NCBI GenBank assembly: GCA_017407605.1
Contig: JAFQWG010000055.1
Span: 1-37,967, forward strand
Direction: 5' to 3'
Source: Agathobacter sp.
Lineage (GTDB): Bacteria; Bacillota; Clostridia; Lachnospirales; Lachnospiraceae
DNA length: 37,967 nt
Part shown: positions 36,303 through 37,967 of the stretch, one piece after another
How positions within the stretch are numbered: position 1 is the stretch's first letter
Layout of the letters: each line of letters starts with the position of its first letter
Notes under the pieces: generated by a model
What the model was told of the DNA's origin: nothing
Databases searched by the model: none
The model's input: the letters and a program-made list of their open reading frames with translations, nothing else
Made by a program: the position numbers and the translations under genes

Positions 36303-37442
36303 CTATCTCTCCCCCTGTGACATATTATATAACTTTTCTGCTTTGTAATCATGGAAACGACCAGCATCGAGCGCAGCTCTGATTTCTTCCATCATTGTGT
36401 TGTAGAAATAAAGATTGTGGAGTACACAAAGTCTCATGCCAAGCATTTCTTTTGCCTTAAGTAAATGACGAATGTAAGCACGGCTGTAATGCTTACATGC
36501 TGGACACTGACATCCTTCTTCGATTGGACGCATGTCTTTTTCATATTTCTGATTGAACAGATTGATTTTGCCATGGTTGGTGTAAAGATGTCCATGACGA
36601 CCATTTCTGGTAGGATATACACAATCAAAGAAATCGATACCACGTTCAACACCTTCTAAGATGTTGGCTGGTGTACCAACCCCCATCAGATAAGTTGGCT
36701 TGTTCTTTGGTAAATGTGGCACTGTCACATCTAAAATATGGTACATATCCTCATGAGACTCACCTACTGCAAGTCCACCTACTGCATATCCATCCAAATC
36801 CATTTCTGAAATACGTTTTGCATGATCAATACGAATATCATCAAAAATCGCCCCCTGGTTGATACCAAAAAGAAGCTGTTCTTTATTCACGGTATCTTCT
36901 AAACTGTTAAGACGAGCCATTTCTGTCTTACAACGCTCTAACCAGCGTGTAGTACGAGCAACGGAATCCTCTACATACTTACGCTCTGCTACCGAAGATG
37001 GACATTCATCAAAGGCCATCGCAATCGTAGAACCAAGGTTTGACTGGATCTGCATACTTTCTTCTGGTCCCATAAAAATCTTGCGACCATCAATATGAGA
37101 ATTGAAATATACACCTTCTTCCTTAATCTTACGAAGTCCAGCTAATGAGAACACCTGAAATCCGCCAGAATCTGTAAGAATTGGTCTATCCCACACCATA
37201 AACTTATGAAGACCACCGACTTCTTTAATTAATTTATCTCCTGTACGTACATGAAGGTGGTAAGTATTAGACAATTCCACCTGACATTTTACATCTTTTA
37301 AATCCTGTGTTGATACCGCACCCTTGATAGCTGCTACTGTACCAACATTCATAAACACAGGTGTCTGGATATCACCATGTACTGTATGGAAAACGGCACG
37401 TTTTGCACGGCCTTCTTCTTTTAACAATTCATATTTTGCCAT
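36303..37442 (-). CDS. tgt: tRNA-guanine(34) transglycosylase (preQ1-inserting type)
   Basis: TPVFMNVGT, NTYHL, TDSGGFQV, MAFDEC, GGLAVGE, YLMGVG, FDCVYPTRNGRHG; Zn site CQCPAC...H. Confidence 0.98.
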   Translation of the reverse strand: MAKYELLKEEGRAKRAVFHTVHGDIQTPVFMNVGTVAAIKGAVSTQDLKDVKCQVELSNTYHLHVRTGDKLIKEVGGLHKFMVWDRPILTDSGGFQVFSLAGLRKIKEEGVYFNSHIDGRKIFMGPEESMQIQSNLGSTIAMAFDECPSSVAERKYVEDSVARTTRWLERCKTEMARLNSLEDTVNKEQLLFGINQGAIFDDIRIDHAKRISEMDLDGYAVGGLAVGESHEDMYHILDVTVPHLPKNKPTYLMGVGTPANILEGVERGIDFFDCVYPTRNGRHGHLYTNHGKINLFNQKYEKDMRPIEEGCQCPACKHYSRAYIRHLLKAKEMLGMRLCVLHNLYFYNTMMEEIRAALDAGRFHDYKAEKLYNMSQGER

Positions 37443-37472
37443 ATATTTTTTCCTTTCATATCAACTGCATTT

Positions 37473-37519
37473 ATTATAAGAAACCCTAGGTTGAAACGTC
37501 AAGGATATTATGGTAAATT
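37473..37519. promoter_or_regulatory. Overlapping divergent sigma-A promoters for tgt (-) and aroC (+)
   Basis: Minus: TTGACG (37502-37497) - 18 bp - TATAAT (37478-37473). Plus: TTGAAA (37491-37496) - 17 bp - TAAATT (37514-37519), with extended -10 TG. Confidence 0.55.
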
Positions 37520-37554
37520 ATGAATTAAATAAGACGAGAAAGCAGGAACAACTT

Positions 37555-37967
37555 ATGGCAGGTTCATCATTTGGAAAATTATTTACCGTAACTACTTGGG
37601 GCGAATCTCATGGAAAAGCAATTGGCGTTGTCGTAGACGGCTGTCCAGCAGGACTACCACTCTGCGAAGATGACATCCAGGTATTTTTAAACCGTAGAAA
37701 ACCGGGTCAATCTAAATTTACAACTCCAAGAAAAGAAGGCGATGTGGTAGAAATCCTTTCCGGTGTATTTGAAGGAAAAACTACTGGTACACCAATCTCT
37801 ATGGTTGTATGGAATGAGAACCAGAACTCCAAAGATTATAGTGAAATTGCATCCTACTATCGTCCAGGACATGCAGACTATCCATTTGATGAAAAATACG
37901 GGTTCCGTGATTACCGTGGTGGCGGACGTTCTTCTGGCAGAGAAACTATCGGACGTGTGGCAGCTGG
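37555..37967 (+). CDS. aroC: Chorismate synthase, 5' part (runs off window; absent from supplied ORF track)
   Basis: Own translation: [33 protein letters not shown]...RPGHADY...[20 protein letters not shown]. Confidence 0.97.
   Translation, partial: MAGSSFGKLFTVTTWGESHGKAIGVVVDGCPAGLPLCEDDIQVFLNRRKPGQSKFTTPRKEGDVVEILSGVFEGKTTGTPISMVVWNENQNSKDYSEIASYYRPGHADYPFDEKYGFRDYRGGGRSSGRETIGRVAA

Noticed and set aside
36303-37472. Queuine-inserting TGT variant or preQ1 riboswitch
   Set aside because: Canonical bacterial pocket residues (FDEC, GLAVGE) are present, and the short leader has no preQ1 aptamer pattern.
1136-37872. About 35 short or antisense ORFs in the supplied track (e.g. 1339-1656, 14998-15390, 19789-20229, 25232-25741, 37687-37872)
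   Set aside because: They overlap well-supported genes on the other strand or frame and have no recognisable motifs; treated as shadow ORFs.

Overview
AT-rich Firmicute chromosome segment. Gene content and synteny look Lachnospiraceae-like; this is inferred from protein families, not a database match. Most genes are on the - strand. In order: rpsT; holA; comEC; a GerMN lipoprotein; a sensor kinase and WalR/PhoB-type response regulator; comEA; an arginine cluster (argC-GNAT-argB-argD divergent from argG, no argJ); a DUF2225-like Zn protein; glnS; a rhomboid-fold/Zn-finger protein; a DUF1622-like membrane protein; a thioesterase-lipoprotein-MBOAT-DHHW acylation cluster; htpG preceded by a perfect CIRCE; a coiled-coil/SleB-type cell-wall hydrolase; a heterodimeric ABC exporter; yajC; a GNB/LNB utilisation locus (gnpA, small membrane protein, ABC importer, AraC regulator, NahK-like kinase); tgt; and the 5' part of aroC. 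I see no tRNA, rRNA, CRISPR array, transposase, integrase or phage gene, and no unambiguous new system. Best candidates: (1) a regulator/kinase/GerMN-lipoprotein trio between comEA and comEC, with the comEA Shine-Dalgarno locked in a GAAA-capped hairpin; (2) a GNAT in an argJ-less arg operon; (3) a rhomboid pseudoprotease with a C-terminal Zn finger; (4) an acylation cluster led by a thioesterase; (5) non-coding structures: a perfect 32-bp inverted hairpin doublet, a structured argG leader and four TTGT-N9-ACAA palindromes in the sugar-locus control region. All family calls come from motif recognition by eye.
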